Positions 1-9,493 of a stretch of 39,811 bases of DNA are shown here, in pieces (the first letter of the stretch is position 1; every line of letters begins with the position of its first letter). Origin of the DNA: a virus. Taxonomy: Duplodnaviria; Caudoviricetes. Where the stretch lies: positions 1 through 39,811 of the IMG/VR virus record IMGVR_UViG_3300049136_000119; one strand, given 5' to 3'. The notes below the pieces were generated by a model that worked only from the letters and a program-made list of their open reading frames with translations, ran no database searches and was not told the origin of the DNA. A program made the position numbers and the translations under genes.

Positions 1-804
1 TCAGGTGACCGGGGCATCCCAGGCGGCGTTCCAGGTGCGGATTCCGATCAGGCCGTCCACGCCCAATGACTTCTCGGACTGGAATTGCCGGGTGACCTTT
101 TCGGTCTTGGGCCCGTAGAGTCCATCGGCGGTGCCAAGCCCGGTCCAGCCGCGCTCCAGCATGCGGCGCTGCCAGCGGCGAAGGTCCTCGCGATGGCCGT
201 GGTAGCCGCTCACCTGCCAGGCAGGGCCGCTACGCGGACCGAAGGCGTAGCCACGGGGCAAGGGGAAGGTGGGAGCCTTGGTGTCCCCACCTCCACCGCC
301 ACCGCCACCTCCACCGGAGCCGCCTGCCCGTCGGACGATCTCGCCGAGCTGAGAGATCACCCGCGCTCCGGGGCAGCCGGTCGGTCCGCCCCAGGTGGAG
401 CCGCCGAGGGAGTGGTAGGCGATACCGCGACCGCTGATGGTGGTGGTGCGCTGGAGCGGAACGCCGTGGACACCGTTGGCCCACTTGAGGATGCGCGCGC
501 AGGCGTCGAGCTGGGCGGAGGTCAGCGGCTCGTTGACGTTGCCCTCGTTCTCGATCGACAAGCAGTACAAGTTCCCGTTGCCCTGCGCCCACGCGGTGTC
601 GCTGGTGTCCACCCACTGGCGGATGGCACCGTTCTTGGCGACGCCGAAGTGGCTGCTCACACGGGCTCGGGGGTTGCGGAACCACGAGTCGGTTCCGCTC
701 ATGGTGCCCTGCATCTTGTGGATGGTGACGATGCGCGGGCGACAGCCGCCCGCGCGGAAGTTGGTCGAGATCGGACGCCACTGGACGCCCGGCATACGGG
801 CCAT
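1..804 (-). CDS. Endolysin: N-acetylmuramoyl-L-alanine amidase (Amidase_2) + Gly linker + peptidoglycan-binding domain
   Basis: VTIHKM, VSSHFGV, AWAQG, SIENEG, H...CPG amidase motifs; GGSG(10) linker; C-terminal DGLYGPKT..FQ...L.VDG.IG..TW PG-binding motif; GGAG RBS. Confidence 0.92.
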   Translation of the reverse strand: MARMPGVQWRPISTNFRAGGCRPRIVTIHKMQGTMSGTDSWFRNPRARVSSHFGVAKNGAIRQWVDTSDTAWAQGNGNLYCLSIENEGNVNEPLTSAQLDACARILKWANGVHGVPLQRTTTISGRGIAYHSLGGSTWGGPTGCPGARVISQLGEIVRRAGGSGGGGGGGGGGDTKAPTFPLPRGYAFGPRSGPAWQVSGYHGHREDLRRWQRRMLERGWTGLGTADGLYGPKTEKVTRQFQSEKSLGVDGLIGIRTWNAAWDAPVT

Positions 805-826
805 GGTGTGTCTCCAGACATGACGA

Positions 827-854
827 AGCCCGCACCGGGAGGCCGGTGCGGGCT
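827..854 (-). terminator. Stem-loop between holin-like gene and endolysin
   Basis: Perfect 12-bp stem AGCCCGCACCGG/CCGGTGCGGGCT, 4-nt loop, intergenic. Confidence 0.6.
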
Positions 855-867
855 GGGAAAGGTGAGT

Positions 868-1137
868 TCAGCGGGGGTCGGGCGGGTCGTCCTTGAGCTG
901 GAGGTAATAGCCCAGCTCGTCGTCCACGGCCCCCTCGTCCTCGAACTCCTCCGGGGAGGACTCCGGCGCGGGGACAGGTGCGATCGGCACCTCTTCGGCG
1001 GGCTTGAGCCAGCGGTCCACGACGGTCTTGTAGCGCTGGATCAGGCGCACCACGGCGAGGTAGACGACACCGGCCAGGAGAGCGATCAGTTCACGCCGAA
1101 GGTCGTCCCAGGCAAACCCGGTCAGCAGGTCATCCAC
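868..1137 (-). CDS. Single-TM membrane protein with acidic tail (holin/antiholin-like)
   Basis: GTG at 1137 overlaps upstream stop (GTGGATGA); hydrophobic LIALLAGVVYLAVV; lies in lysis cassette. Confidence 0.6.
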   Translation of the reverse strand: MDDLLTGFAWDDLRRELIALLAGVVYLAVVRLIQRYKTVVDRWLKPAEEVPIAPVPAPESSPEEFEDEGAVDDELGYYLQLKDDPPDPR

Positions 1138-1507
1138 GGGCCACCGCCTCGGCGCGCAGCTCCCGGGTGCGGGTCTCACGCAGGTACGCGGTGGCGGCGA
1201 GGGGGATCTGCGTGGTGAAGAGCAGGAGGAACCCGGCCTGACCGGCAAGGCTCAGGCCGGTGGAGTTGGTCAGGTAGAGGACCCCGGCGATCACCGAGTA
1301 CGCGCCCACGCCGAGCAGGATGTGTCGGGGCGGTGGCCAGTCCGCGAGCGCTGCGGTCACGCACCCGATCGCGAGCGCGATCCCCGCCAGGACGAGTCCG
1401 ACCTGGAGGAGGGTGGTGGTGACGGCGAAGGGCGAGGACGTGAGGATGAGGGCGATGGCCAGGCTGTACAGGCCGTGCCCGAGTAGGCGGATTCCTGCGG
1501 GTTCCAT
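1130..1507 (-). CDS. Four-TM membrane protein, putative holin
   Basis: About four hydrophobic segments in 125 aa; GGAG RBS; upstream of endolysin. Confidence 0.65.
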   Translation of the reverse strand: MEPAGIRLLGHGLYSLAIALILTSSPFAVTTTLLQVGLVLAGIALAIGCVTAALADWPPPRHILLGVGAYSVIAGVLYLTNSTGLSLAGQAGFLLLFTTQIPLAATAYLRETRTRELRAEAVARG

Positions 1508-1546
1508 AGGGCTCCAGACATAGGAGAACCCCGGCGGTGCGGGGGT

Positions 1547-1759
1547 TCAGGTGGCGGTGACGCGACGGACGGTTCCCGTGGCGTCGCGGTATCTGAGCTG
1601 GGAGCCGACGATCCACAGGTTGCAGCGCGACTCCGGAGGCGGGTCCTCCGTGAGCACGGGCACGCTCGGAGGGCGGCGTTCCAGTGCGGTCAGGCGTCGT
1701 TGAGTGGTCCGCTGGTCGGCGACGGCGCGACTGCCCGTGGACAGGTTGGGACGCGGCAT
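1547..1759 (-). CDS. Small hypothetical tail-region protein (70 aa, MPRPNLSTG...)
   Basis: ATG just after the stop of the upstream tail gene with a purine-rich RBS; RRLTALERR coiled motif; only the 3' part of ORF 1547..2581 is plausible. Confidence 0.6.
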   Translation of the reverse strand: MPRPNLSTGSRAVADQRTTQRRLTALERRPPSVPVLTEDPPPESRCNLWIVGSQLRYRDATGTVRRVTAT

Positions 1760-1761
1760 CC

Positions 1762-2880
1762 TCACCCCTCTGTGTCGGGTGCTTGGTGGTCGGCGATGTC
1801 CAAGGTCAAGGTGGCCTTGGCGGTCTCTTCGCGGGTGGTGTCGTGGACGGTGCGCTCGGCGATGCGCGCGGTGCGGTCCTCGTTCAGCCACTCGTCTTTC
1901 AGCACCAGGCGGGCGCGGTCGCCGACGCCGTAGTTGGCCAGGGGCGGGGCGGTGGCGGTGACGTCGATCTGGACGGCTGGCGGTGACACGGTCGAGGCGA
2001 GGCGTTCGGCGCGGGCGTGCTCGCGCAGGGTCGCGGTGCGGGTGACGCCGGAGTAGGTCTGTGCCCGTTCGCGCAGGAGCGCGTAGCCCGCTGGCAGCCC
2101 CGGGTCGGCGTCGCTGACCATGAGGGCTTCGGGCGGTGCGGGGTCGTCGCCCATCGCCCACACCCGGCTGACCATCTCGGACGCGTCGTCGGGCCAGTCG
2201 TAGGCGAGGATGTTGCCGCCGGTCGGGGTGGCCGCGAACAGCAGCGGCTCTCGGGCTTGGCGGCGTTCGGGGTACCACAGCTCCAACACCCACTCGGGGC
2301 GTCCGGCGTGCCACCGGGCGCTCAAGTCCCAGTCGAACCCGTTGGCGCGTTGAGACATGGAGTCGATGGCCTCGTCCACCGCCTTGAAGGACTGAGCTTC
2401 CAACGTCAGCTCCCGCAGCACACCGGAGACCTGGGAGCCCACGGCTATGGGCGGGCACCCCGGTTCGGAGGCGGCGAAGGCCACGAGGGCGCGGGCGATG
2501 GCGAGCTGATCGACGTCGCGCCAGGACCAGGTGACGTGCCGGGTGCCGCTCATGCGGCGGGCGAGCCGGGTACTGAGCCACGCCTTCGCGGCGGCGGCGG
2601 TCAGGTTGACGGTGCGCTCTCGGGGGTTCCAGGGGCGCGCCACGACGATGCCGTGCCAGACCACCCGGTCAGCGGTGTCCAGGACGTAGACGCAGGCGCG
2701 GTGCGGGGTGGTGGCCTCGCGGATGATGTCGGCGTTGGCGCGGGTGATGGCGATGGTGCCGGTCAGCGACCCCGGTTCAGTGAGGGTCTGAGTCCACTGG
2801 GCTCCGGTGATCGGCAGCCCCGCCCCGTGCAGGGGACGGCCGGTGAGCACGTCGCGGGCGTGATAGCTGAACAGGCTCAC
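1762..2880 (-). CDS. Minor tail protein (ReqiPepy6 Gp37-like baseplate hub)
   Basis: GTGA coupling at 2877-2880; VVWHGIV, GFDW, YGVGDRARL motifs; position downstream of Dit. Confidence 0.75.
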   Translation of the reverse strand: MSLFSYHARDVLTGRPLHGAGLPITGAQWTQTLTEPGSLTGTIAITRANADIIREATTPHRACVYVLDTADRVVWHGIVVARPWNPRERTVNLTAAAAKAWLSTRLARRMSGTRHVTWSWRDVDQLAIARALVAFAASEPGCPPIAVGSQVSGVLRELTLEAQSFKAVDEAIDSMSQRANGFDWDLSARWHAGRPEWVLELWYPERRQAREPLLFAATPTGGNILAYDWPDDASEMVSRVWAMGDDPAPPEALMVSDADPGLPAGYALLRERAQTYSGVTRTATLREHARAERLASTVSPPAVQIDVTATAPPLANYGVGDRARLVLKDEWLNEDRTARIAERTVHDTTREETAKATLTLDIADHQAPDTEG

Positions 2881-3767
2881 TGATCCTGGTCCAACCAGTA
2901 GAAGAACCCGTCGAAGCCGATCCAACTGGTCGTGTAGTCCATGTTGTCCCGGTAGGCGTAGACGGCCCCGTCGGATTGGACCTCGCCGCGCAGCAGACCG
3001 CCACCGACGAAGTTCGAGGAGGAGCGGCGTGCCTGTCCGTGGAGGACGCCGTAGACAATGCGGGGCGGACGGGCCTCGACGGGCACCCGAGCGACGATCG
3101 CATCACCCCAGGTCTGGGCGTTGGTGAAGTTGCCCCCGCTGGATCGGGCGGCGGCTCCGGCCAGCCACACCCGCCCGTCTGCGATCCGATACGAGGGGGT
3201 CCTGCCCAGGTAGGTGACGACACCGGTCGGCAGAGACAGCGGCTGCCACCCGCCGTCGTGCGGCCCGAGCCTGTTGCTGATGTTGGCGGGGGCGATGGTC
3301 GTGTCGTCGGGGTTGACACGGACGTGGGCGATGCGCGCCCAGGCACCGGCCGGAGCCGCGGCATGGACGTCATCGGTCGAGGGCGCCGTGGGGTTCGTGG
3401 ACGCGACGCCCTGCACGATCAACCATGCCGGTCCCTGTTCCTCAACCGCTCCGTATTGGCTGTCGGCGATGGTGAGGATGAGCGCGTCCACGCGCGGCTG
3501 CGCCGAGGGTCCCGGCCACGCGAGTACTTCAGGCTCGGCCGACCACACGAAGTACGAGCCCTGATCAATGGCGGCTCCTCCCCGGATGACGGTGCGCCCG
3601 GGGCCGATCTGAACGGCGAGTCCGGCCTCCTGGGCGAGGGGGGTGACAGTGAACTGGGACAGGCCGATCGCGCCGGTACCGGGGAGCAGCGTCCCGATCA
3701 ACTGGCGGTAGTCCTCGACGGTGGTGGGGTAAGAGTCTTGTCCGATGCCGGTGACCGAGAGCGCCAC
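2877..3767 (-). CDS. Minor tail / receptor-binding protein
   Basis: AGGAGG RBS; N-terminal QGSY/PRVD..IL tail module and C-terminal beta-rich W..L.L...G.V.L.G..P...RP domain typical of actinophage tail tips. Confidence 0.7.
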   Translation of the reverse strand: MALSVTGIGQDSYPTTVEDYRQLIGTLLPGTGAIGLSQFTVTPLAQEAGLAVQIGPGRTVIRGGAAIDQGSYFVWSAEPEVLAWPGPSAQPRVDALILTIADSQYGAVEEQGPAWLIVQGVASTNPTAPSTDDVHAAAPAGAWARIAHVRVNPDDTTIAPANISNRLGPHDGGWQPLSLPTGVVTYLGRTPSYRIADGRVWLAGAAARSSGGNFTNAQTWGDAIVARVPVEARPPRIVYGVLHGQARRSSSNFVGGGLLRGEVQSDGAVYAYRDNMDYTTSWIGFDGFFYWLDQDQ

Positions 3768-3779
3768 GGGAGTCCTCCT

Positions 3780-4709
3780 TCACAGGTAGGCGTCGTAGAA
3801 GATGGCCATCCAGGTGGCCGCCGGGTCGTACTCGGGGGTGAGAAACCTCAGGGAGTTCCGGCCTGGGGCCAGGGACCACCATTCGCCGGAGGCCAGTGCG
3901 GCGATGGAGTAGCCGTCGATGGCGGCGGTGCGTTCGGTGTGGTCGATGGTGAGCGTCTGCCCGGCGCCGAGCGCGGTGGTGAACGCCAGCGACTCCCCGC
4001 TGGTCTCGTTGACGATCCGCCACCCTTGCGGGAGCGGCCCGGTGATACGCGACGTCGGGAAAGTCTGCGCAGTCCCGTGGTTGGTGAGGGCCATGCGCCC
4101 GGTTCCCCTCCCGCTGTTGGAGAAGGCCAGCGGGAACGTGAACGGGAACGTTGCGAACAGCTCGCCGGGGGCTTGGGCGTCGGTCGATCCGCCGCGCTGG
4201 AGGGTGCCGTACTTGATCGGGTCCGGCAGGACCAGCGGCACAGCGAAGGCGAAGTGTGACGGTCCCAGGGGTTCGGTTTCGATCGCCCCACCGGTCCGGG
4301 CACGAACCCTCTTGGGGATCGCCTCGGCCACCGTGATGGGGATGTCAGCGGTGTAGCCGTTGAACGCCCGGTACAACCGGTGCCGGGCGGACTCAGCGGT
4401 GTCGAACGACGGGCTGAGCACATGGCCGTGGACGGTGATCTCCCTGGCCTCCATGGGGAAGCGTTCGGCAGCCGCCGACCGGTCCGACAACCCCAGCGGG
4501 GTCAGAATCGGCTCGGTCGGCGGCGTGGACAGCCATCCCTCGACGTCGGAGAGCACCCATCGCACCCCGGTTTCGTCGGGGTGCGGGTCGGTGGACAGCA
4601 CCACCGCCGTCTCCCCGGACCCGGCCTGGAGGGTGATCACCAGCGGTTGCGGGGAGGGTTCGGCCAGCAGCTCCACCCGGGCGGAGACGGTGCGGCGCTC
4701 ACGGCTCAT
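3780..4709 (-). CDS. Distal tail (Dit)-like siphovirus tail component
   Basis: Directly after tape measure (ATGA overlap); DPIKYG, FPFTFP, N.GTA, L.PG.N motifs. Confidence 0.8.
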   Translation of the reverse strand: MSRERRTVSARVELLAEPSPQPLVITLQAGSGETAVVLSTDPHPDETGVRWVLSDVEGWLSTPPTEPILTPLGLSDRSAAAERFPMEAREITVHGHVLSPSFDTAESARHRLYRAFNGYTADIPITVAEAIPKRVRARTGGAIETEPLGPSHFAFAVPLVLPDPIKYGTLQRGGSTDAQAPGELFATFPFTFPLAFSNSGRGTGRMALTNHGTAQTFPTSRITGPLPQGWRIVNETSGESLAFTTALGAGQTLTIDHTERTAAIDGYSIAALASGEWWSLAPGRNSLRFLTPEYDPAATWMAIFYDAYL

Positions 4710-7700
4710 GCGGCACCTCCCACGGGGACGGCCGGTCCGACGACGCCCGCGTTGCGCAGCAGCGTCATCCGCCGCTGGATCGCGGCGGCGATGGCGTGCG
4801 GGTCGGCGTCGGTGCGGGCGTGGACGGTGATCGGCTGTGACACGGTCCGTGCGGCCGGCGTGCGGGACTCGGGCTCGGGGAGCCGGATAGCGTCGCTGAC
4901 CCGCGCGGCAAGGGCGTCGAGACCGCGCCGCAGCGGGATGACGGCCTCAGGTCCGGCCTCGCCGACCAGGGCGTGAAGTGGCCGGGTGATGATGCCGCCT
5001 TCGGCCAACGCTCGGTACTTCGGCCGCCCCCACTTCTGTACCGAGCCCGAGAACGAGCGCTCACGGATGTTCAGGCCGGTACGAGGGGCCTCCACGATGC
5101 GTGTGCCGCCCCGGTTGGTGGCCATCCACACATGTCCGGGGTGGGGGAATCCGAGATCACCGGGCGAGGGCGAGCTGACCCTTTTGGACCACGCCATCTG
5201 CGCCTGGCTGACGCGCGGGACTCCTCGCACGCCAGCGTTCACGAGCGCGTACTGCATCAACGAGGAGCAGTCGAAACCACGGATGTTCGCCCCTTGCGCG
5301 AACCCGAACGAGGGTCCGGCCGGGCTGCCTCCGCCCCAGGAGTACGGAGCACCGAGCTGGCTCCGCGCGAGCTGGACGGCCCTGCGCGCCATCGGCCCTC
5401 CGCCGAGACGGGACTCGGCGCTGTCGAACCAGTCGAGCAACTTGTCCACGAGCCTGCTCGGGACCTCAGCGATCATCGCCCCCCACTCGGTGTCGCCGAG
5501 CACCTGGCGGGCACCCGCGACCATGGGGTCCAGTACGGCCTTGGCGGCGGAGCGGACGCCATCGGTCCACAGGTCTGCGGCCTGGTCGAGGAATCCGCCG
5601 ACCGAGCTGGTGATGCTCCCGACGATGCCGCCCCCGGCGAACGCCGGAAGCCGTCCTGTCCGTGCCATCGCGTTGAGGCTGTGGATGGTGCTCGGTCCAA
5701 GCCAGCGGGTGACCTCCGGGCGCAGGATCGACTCACCCGGGGACAGCATCGCCAGGACGCTGTCGTGGCCGGGGTCGTAGCCGGGGACGATGCCGCCCCC
5801 GGCGAACCGGGGCGCGGCCGGGAGCTTGGACAGCCCGACTCGGGTGGCCACGGCGTCCCACATGGCTTTGATGCCGTCGCGGTACACCACGTCCACGACC
5901 CACCGCACGGGGGCTCGCGTGGCTTCACGGATACCTCGCCAGTGCCGCCTCAGGGCCGAGACCCCGGTGCGGAAGGCATCGGCTACCCGGGACACTCCGC
6001 CCCGGATCGCGTCGAAGGCGGGCCTGACCCAGTTCTGCCAGGCCGTGCGTACGACCGAGCCGACGCCGTTCATCGCTGGGCGGATGATCGTGCGCCACAG
6101 CCAGGTGAAGACGGGACCGACTACGGTGCGCAAGTAGCTGGCGAACAGGCCGAAGATCGGTCTTCCGACCGCGTTCCACACCCACGACACGATCGCCCCG
6201 ACCGCTCGTAGGGCGGGCTGGACGTAGCGGGTATGGAACCGCCTGAAGGCAGGGCCGACGGTTCCAGACAGGAACCCGCCGATCCATGTGAAGGCGGGGC
6301 GTAGGACGGTGCCCCACAACCACAGCGCCACCGCCGCGACGGCGGAGAAGACGGTCTGGACGAGATTGCGGAACCACGTGAAGCGGTTGTAGGCGAGGAC
6401 GACGGCCGCGATGACGGCGACGATCGCCAAGACGATCAACCCCAAGGGGTTGGCCGTCATCGCGATGTTCAGGGCCCATTGCGCGACGCTCCAGACCCGC
6501 GCCGCGATGGACGCTGCTCGCTGGGCGACGGTCGCCGCGACGGTGGCGATGCGCGCACGTGTGGCGGCAGCGGCGGCGGCGGTCTGAGACGCCGCCAGCC
6601 TGCCCCAGTTGCCCGCCGTGGACAGCGCGGCCGACCCCGCCGAGCGCACCGCCGAAGCGGCCGAAGCCGCACCCGAAGCGACGCGGGAGGCACCGGAACG
6701 CACGGCGTTGGCAGCGCCGTCCCAGCCGCGCCGCATGAGCCCACCGAGCGATCCGGCCGCACCGGAGAACGCCGACTGGGCGACCTGGGCGGAACGGAAC
6801 CCCTGGGCCATGCGGCCCAGCGCGCCGACCGAAGAAGCGGCACCCCTGGCGATGAGCCGGATTCCTCCGGCTGCGGCCGAGGCCAGCGGAGCGATGGAGG
6901 TGATGCGGGCCAGCAGCGGCCCGAGCAGAATGCTCCAGGCCAGGGAGGAGGAGACGACCTCCTGAACCGGCCCCGGGAGCGAGGAGAACGCAGAGGAGAC
7001 CTGGCCGATGACCCCGGCCACGGTCGGCACCAGGGCCAGCAGGCTCTCGAAAACCCCGGTCAGCAGACCGAAAACCTCGGCGATCTGCTCCTGGCCCTGT
7101 GCGGACTGCGCCCAGGCCGCCCACTCACCGGTCAGCCGCTCGATGGTGTCGAGAAGCAACTGTCCGTCCGCCGACGCGCCACCGAAGATTCCACCGAGCA
7201 GCCCGGCGAGGTTGCCCCCGATACGGCCGAGCTGGCCGAGCACTTCGACCGAGCGCTCAACGATCTCGGTCAGACGCTGGGCGCCTGCCTCGGAGGACAG
7301 GAACGCCGCAGCGCTAGACAGCGCTCCGCTGGACCACTCCCCGAAGCGAGTGACCAGCGGGAGGCCAATGCTGACCAGTTCGGCCAGCACGCTCATCAGA
7401 GGCGCGACCGCGCCCTCGAAGGAACTGGTGGCCTCGGCGGTCCCCGAGAAGACATCGGCTAACTGCCCCTGGAACAGCGGGGACCCCGCTGTCGCGACCA
7501 CCTCACGGGCGAGTCCGTTGAGGCTGTCGGAGACATCGGTGAGCCCGCTCTCCAGGACCGGCAGGGAGCCGCCGGCCGCGAGCGAGTCCAGCTCATCGGC
7601 CAGTCCCGCGAACAAGCGCTCCTGAGTGGCCTGCTGGATCGGCGCGAACGCCTCACCGAGCCCTGCCCATGATCGGACGAATTCGCGCGCACTGGGAGAC

Positions 7701-8119
7701 AGCCCTTCCAGCGCTTCGGCAAGAGCTTCGGCGTCGCCTTCGGCGACGGCCGCCATGGCGTCGCCGACACCGTGCACGCCCACCATGAGCGTGCCGATCG
7801 CGGCACCGGCCGCTCCTGCGGCTGCCGGGATCGCCAGCAGTGCCCCGGAACCCGGGGCGATGGCCCCGGCGACCGCGACACCCGCACCAGCGGCGGAGGC
7901 GATGAGGTTGGCGAACGCCGCACGGCCGATGCCGCGCAAGCTCGCGCTGATGGCCCGATCAGCTGAACGCCCGAACCGCTGACCGAACCGCTGACCGGAG
8001 GCATCGGCTTCGTGCTCGGCGGCGCGGAGGGCAGGGCCGAGCCTGCGCAGGACCTCGCGCCCGAACCCCGAGAGATCGGGGCGCACGGACAGGTAGGCGT
8101 CGCCGATCCCGTCAGCCAC
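4706..8119 (-). CDS. Tape measure protein with C-terminal NlpC/P60 peptidase domain
   Basis: About 1137 aa, Ala/Gly-rich helical, ANPLGLIV and W/F-spaced repeats; YSWGGG...FDCSSL...GHV NlpC/P60 motifs; GTG at 8119 overlaps the frameshift product stop. Confidence 0.92.
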   Translation of the reverse strand: MADGIGDAYLSVRPDLSGFGREVLRRLGPALRAAEHEADASGQRFGQRFGRSADRAISASLRGIGRAAFANLIASAAGAGVAVAGAIAPGSGALLAIPAAAGAAGAAIGTLMVGVHGVGDAMAAVAEGDAEALAEALEGLSPSAREFVRSWAGLGEAFAPIQQATQERLFAGLADELDSLAAGGSLPVLESGLTDVSDSLNGLAREVVATAGSPLFQGQLADVFSGTAEATSSFEGAVAPLMSVLAELVSIGLPLVTRFGEWSSGALSSAAAFLSSEAGAQRLTEIVERSVEVLGQLGRIGGNLAGLLGGIFGGASADGQLLLDTIERLTGEWAAWAQSAQGQEQIAEVFGLLTGVFESLLALVPTVAGVIGQVSSAFSSLPGPVQEVVSSSLAWSILLGPLLARITSIAPLASAAAGGIRLIARGAASSVGALGRMAQGFRSAQVAQSAFSGAAGSLGGLMRRGWDGAANAVRSGASRVASGAASAASAVRSAGSAALSTAGNWGRLAASQTAAAAAATRARIATVAATVAQRAASIAARVWSVAQWALNIAMTANPLGLIVLAIVAVIAAVVLAYNRFTWFRNLVQTVFSAVAAVALWLWGTVLRPAFTWIGGFLSGTVGPAFRRFHTRYVQPALRAVGAIVSWVWNAVGRPIFGLFASYLRTVVGPVFTWLWRTIIRPAMNGVGSVVRTAWQNWVRPAFDAIRGGVSRVADAFRTGVSALRRHWRGIREATRAPVRWVVDVVYRDGIKAMWDAVATRVGLSKLPAAPRFAGGGIVPGYDPGHDSVLAMLSPGESILRPEVTRWLGPSTIHSLNAMARTGRLPAFAGGGIVGSITSSVGGFLDQAADLWTDGVRSAAKAVLDPMVAGARQVLGDTEWGAMIAEVPSRLVDKLLDWFDSAESRLGGGPMARRAVQLARSQLGAPYSWGGGSPAGPSFGFAQGANIRGFDCSSLMQYALVNAGVRGVPRVSQAQMAWSKRVSSPSPGDLGFPHPGHVWMATNRGGTRIVEAPRTGLNIRERSFSGSVQKWGRPKYRALAEGGIITRPLHALVGEAGPEAVIPLRRGLDALAARVSDAIRLPEPESRTPAARTVSQPITVHARTDADPHAIAAAIQRRMTLLRNAGVVGPAVPVGGAA

Positions 8120-8770
8120 CGGGACCACCCCCACCCCACGCCTGCGTGATCACATGGCGGACCTCGTCGGTACTGGTGGTGCGGCGGCGCGGCGCCAGGT
8201 CGCGCGGTCGCGGGATGTGGAGCTGTTTGGGGATCTGGCCCCGCCGTACTCCGTTGGCCTCCAGGAAGGCGCGGTAGTGGGCATGGCTGATCTCGGCGAT
8301 GATCGCCAGCAGCTCCGTGGACAGCGGCCACGAACCCTCGGGGGTGTTGGTGGCCGCGTCGGGCGGCAGGTGCCGCAGAAGGGAAGCAGCCTCGTCAACG
8401 TCGCAGTCGGTCAGCGCTTGCGCGTAGTACCGCTGGAAGTCCGCTTGCGCGGCGTCGCGGACTTGCGGGTCGCCGAAGACGGCCGCGACGAGGCCGAGGT
8501 TTCCCCCGTGGCCTCCCCGTAGGCGGAGTCCACGACATCACGAAGCCAGTCGATCGAGATGTCGGTTCCGGCCAGCTCCAGCAGTTCGTCAACGCGGTCG
8601 CCGAAGAGGCAGCGCAGAGCGGGATGGATCTGCTCCTGCATGAGGTAGTAGGGAAAGCCGACCGGGAGCCGGGCGGGCATCTCGAAGTCCACGCCGCGCA
8701 CGGTGACCCCGGCGGGGCTCTCGGTGGCGGCGAGGTTCTTGGCGATCTTGTCGCCGTCGATCCAGGGCAT
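8112..8770 (-). CDS. Tail assembly chaperone long form (gpGT-like) via -1 frameshift at GGGGGAAAC (8507-8499)
   Basis: -1 frame is open from the slippery site to TGA at 8114-8112 and reads NLGLVAAVFGDPQVRDAAQADFQRYY...LLRHLPPDAAT... Confidence 0.8.
8411..8770 (-). CDS. Tail assembly chaperone short form (gpG-like)
   Basis: Between tail tube and tape measure; AGGAG RBS. Confidence 0.8.
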   Translation of the reverse strand: MPWIDGDKIAKNLAATESPAGVTVRGVDFEMPARLPVGFPYYLMQEQIHPALRCLFGDRVDELLELAGTDISIDWLRDVVDSAYGEATGETSASSRPSSATRKSATPRKRTSSGTTRKR

Positions 8771-8836
8771 GACGGTGCTCCTGACTGGTGGTCATCAGGG
8801 GCGCGGCCGGACGTGGCGCACCCCTGCGGGGTGCGG

Positions 8837-9460
8837 TTACGCGGCCTTCTTGGAGGTGCGCGCGGCGGGCGCGGCGAGGGTCTGGCCGCCGTCCTCAGGT
8901 GGCGGTTCGACGGCAGGCGGGGCGAACCTCGCGTCCGTGCTGTCGAGCTGCCAGGCGGGCACACCGGCCTGGCCGAGGACTCCCACGGTCACGCCGAGCA
9001 GCGCGGCCTCGGACCGCTGGAGGGTGACGTCCTCGGTCTCGGTGATCGTGCAGCGCGGGAACCACAACTGGGCGGAGAAGTCTCCATCCAGCCAGCGCAG
9101 AAGGACCGCGTACTCGGATTCGTGGCCGGGCTCGGGCGGGCTGTAGCTCCACCCGGTCTCGGCGGTGCCGGACCAGGTGCCGCCAGCGAAGACGAACTCC
9201 ACCGAGTCGCGCGACCAGGTGGCGAGCTGGAACGCCAGGGTGTTTTCTGAGGAGGTGGTGATGCGCCGTGCCGGGTAGACCGACTGCCAGACCATGATGT
9301 CGTTGGTCTCGCGCGAGTTGCCGAAGGTGACGCCGTCCTCGCTGACCAGGCCGAGCCGGTGGAAGGTGTCGGGGACGGGTGCGGTGACGGCGGGCTTGGT
9401 GATGCCGGTGGGCGCGAACCAGAGGTCTCCGTTCGCGCCGACGATGGGCTGTTCGGACAT
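8837..9460 (-). CDS. Major tail (tube) protein
   Basis: LGLVSEDGVT and I.VWQS motifs of actinophage tail tube proteins; ATG 9460 with GGGAG RBS. Confidence 0.88.
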   Translation of the reverse strand: MSEQPIVGANGDLWFAPTGITKPAVTAPVPDTFHRLGLVSEDGVTFGNSRETNDIMVWQSVYPARRITTSSENTLAFQLATWSRDSVEFVFAGGTWSGTAETGWSYSPPEPGHESEYAVLLRWLDGDFSAQLWFPRCTITETEDVTLQRSEAALLGVTVGVLGQAGVPAWQLDSTDARFAPPAVEPPPEDGGQTLAAPAARTSKKAA

Positions 9461-9493
9461 GGGTGGCTCCCAGATGGGTGCCACCGCCGACGC

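Noticed and set aside
285-320. GGTGGV tandem microsatellite
   Set aside because: Simply encodes the endolysin poly-Gly linker
7459-8398. ORFs 7459..8331 and 8150..8398 as separate genes
   Set aside because: Region is explained by the -1 frameshift product and the tape measure start
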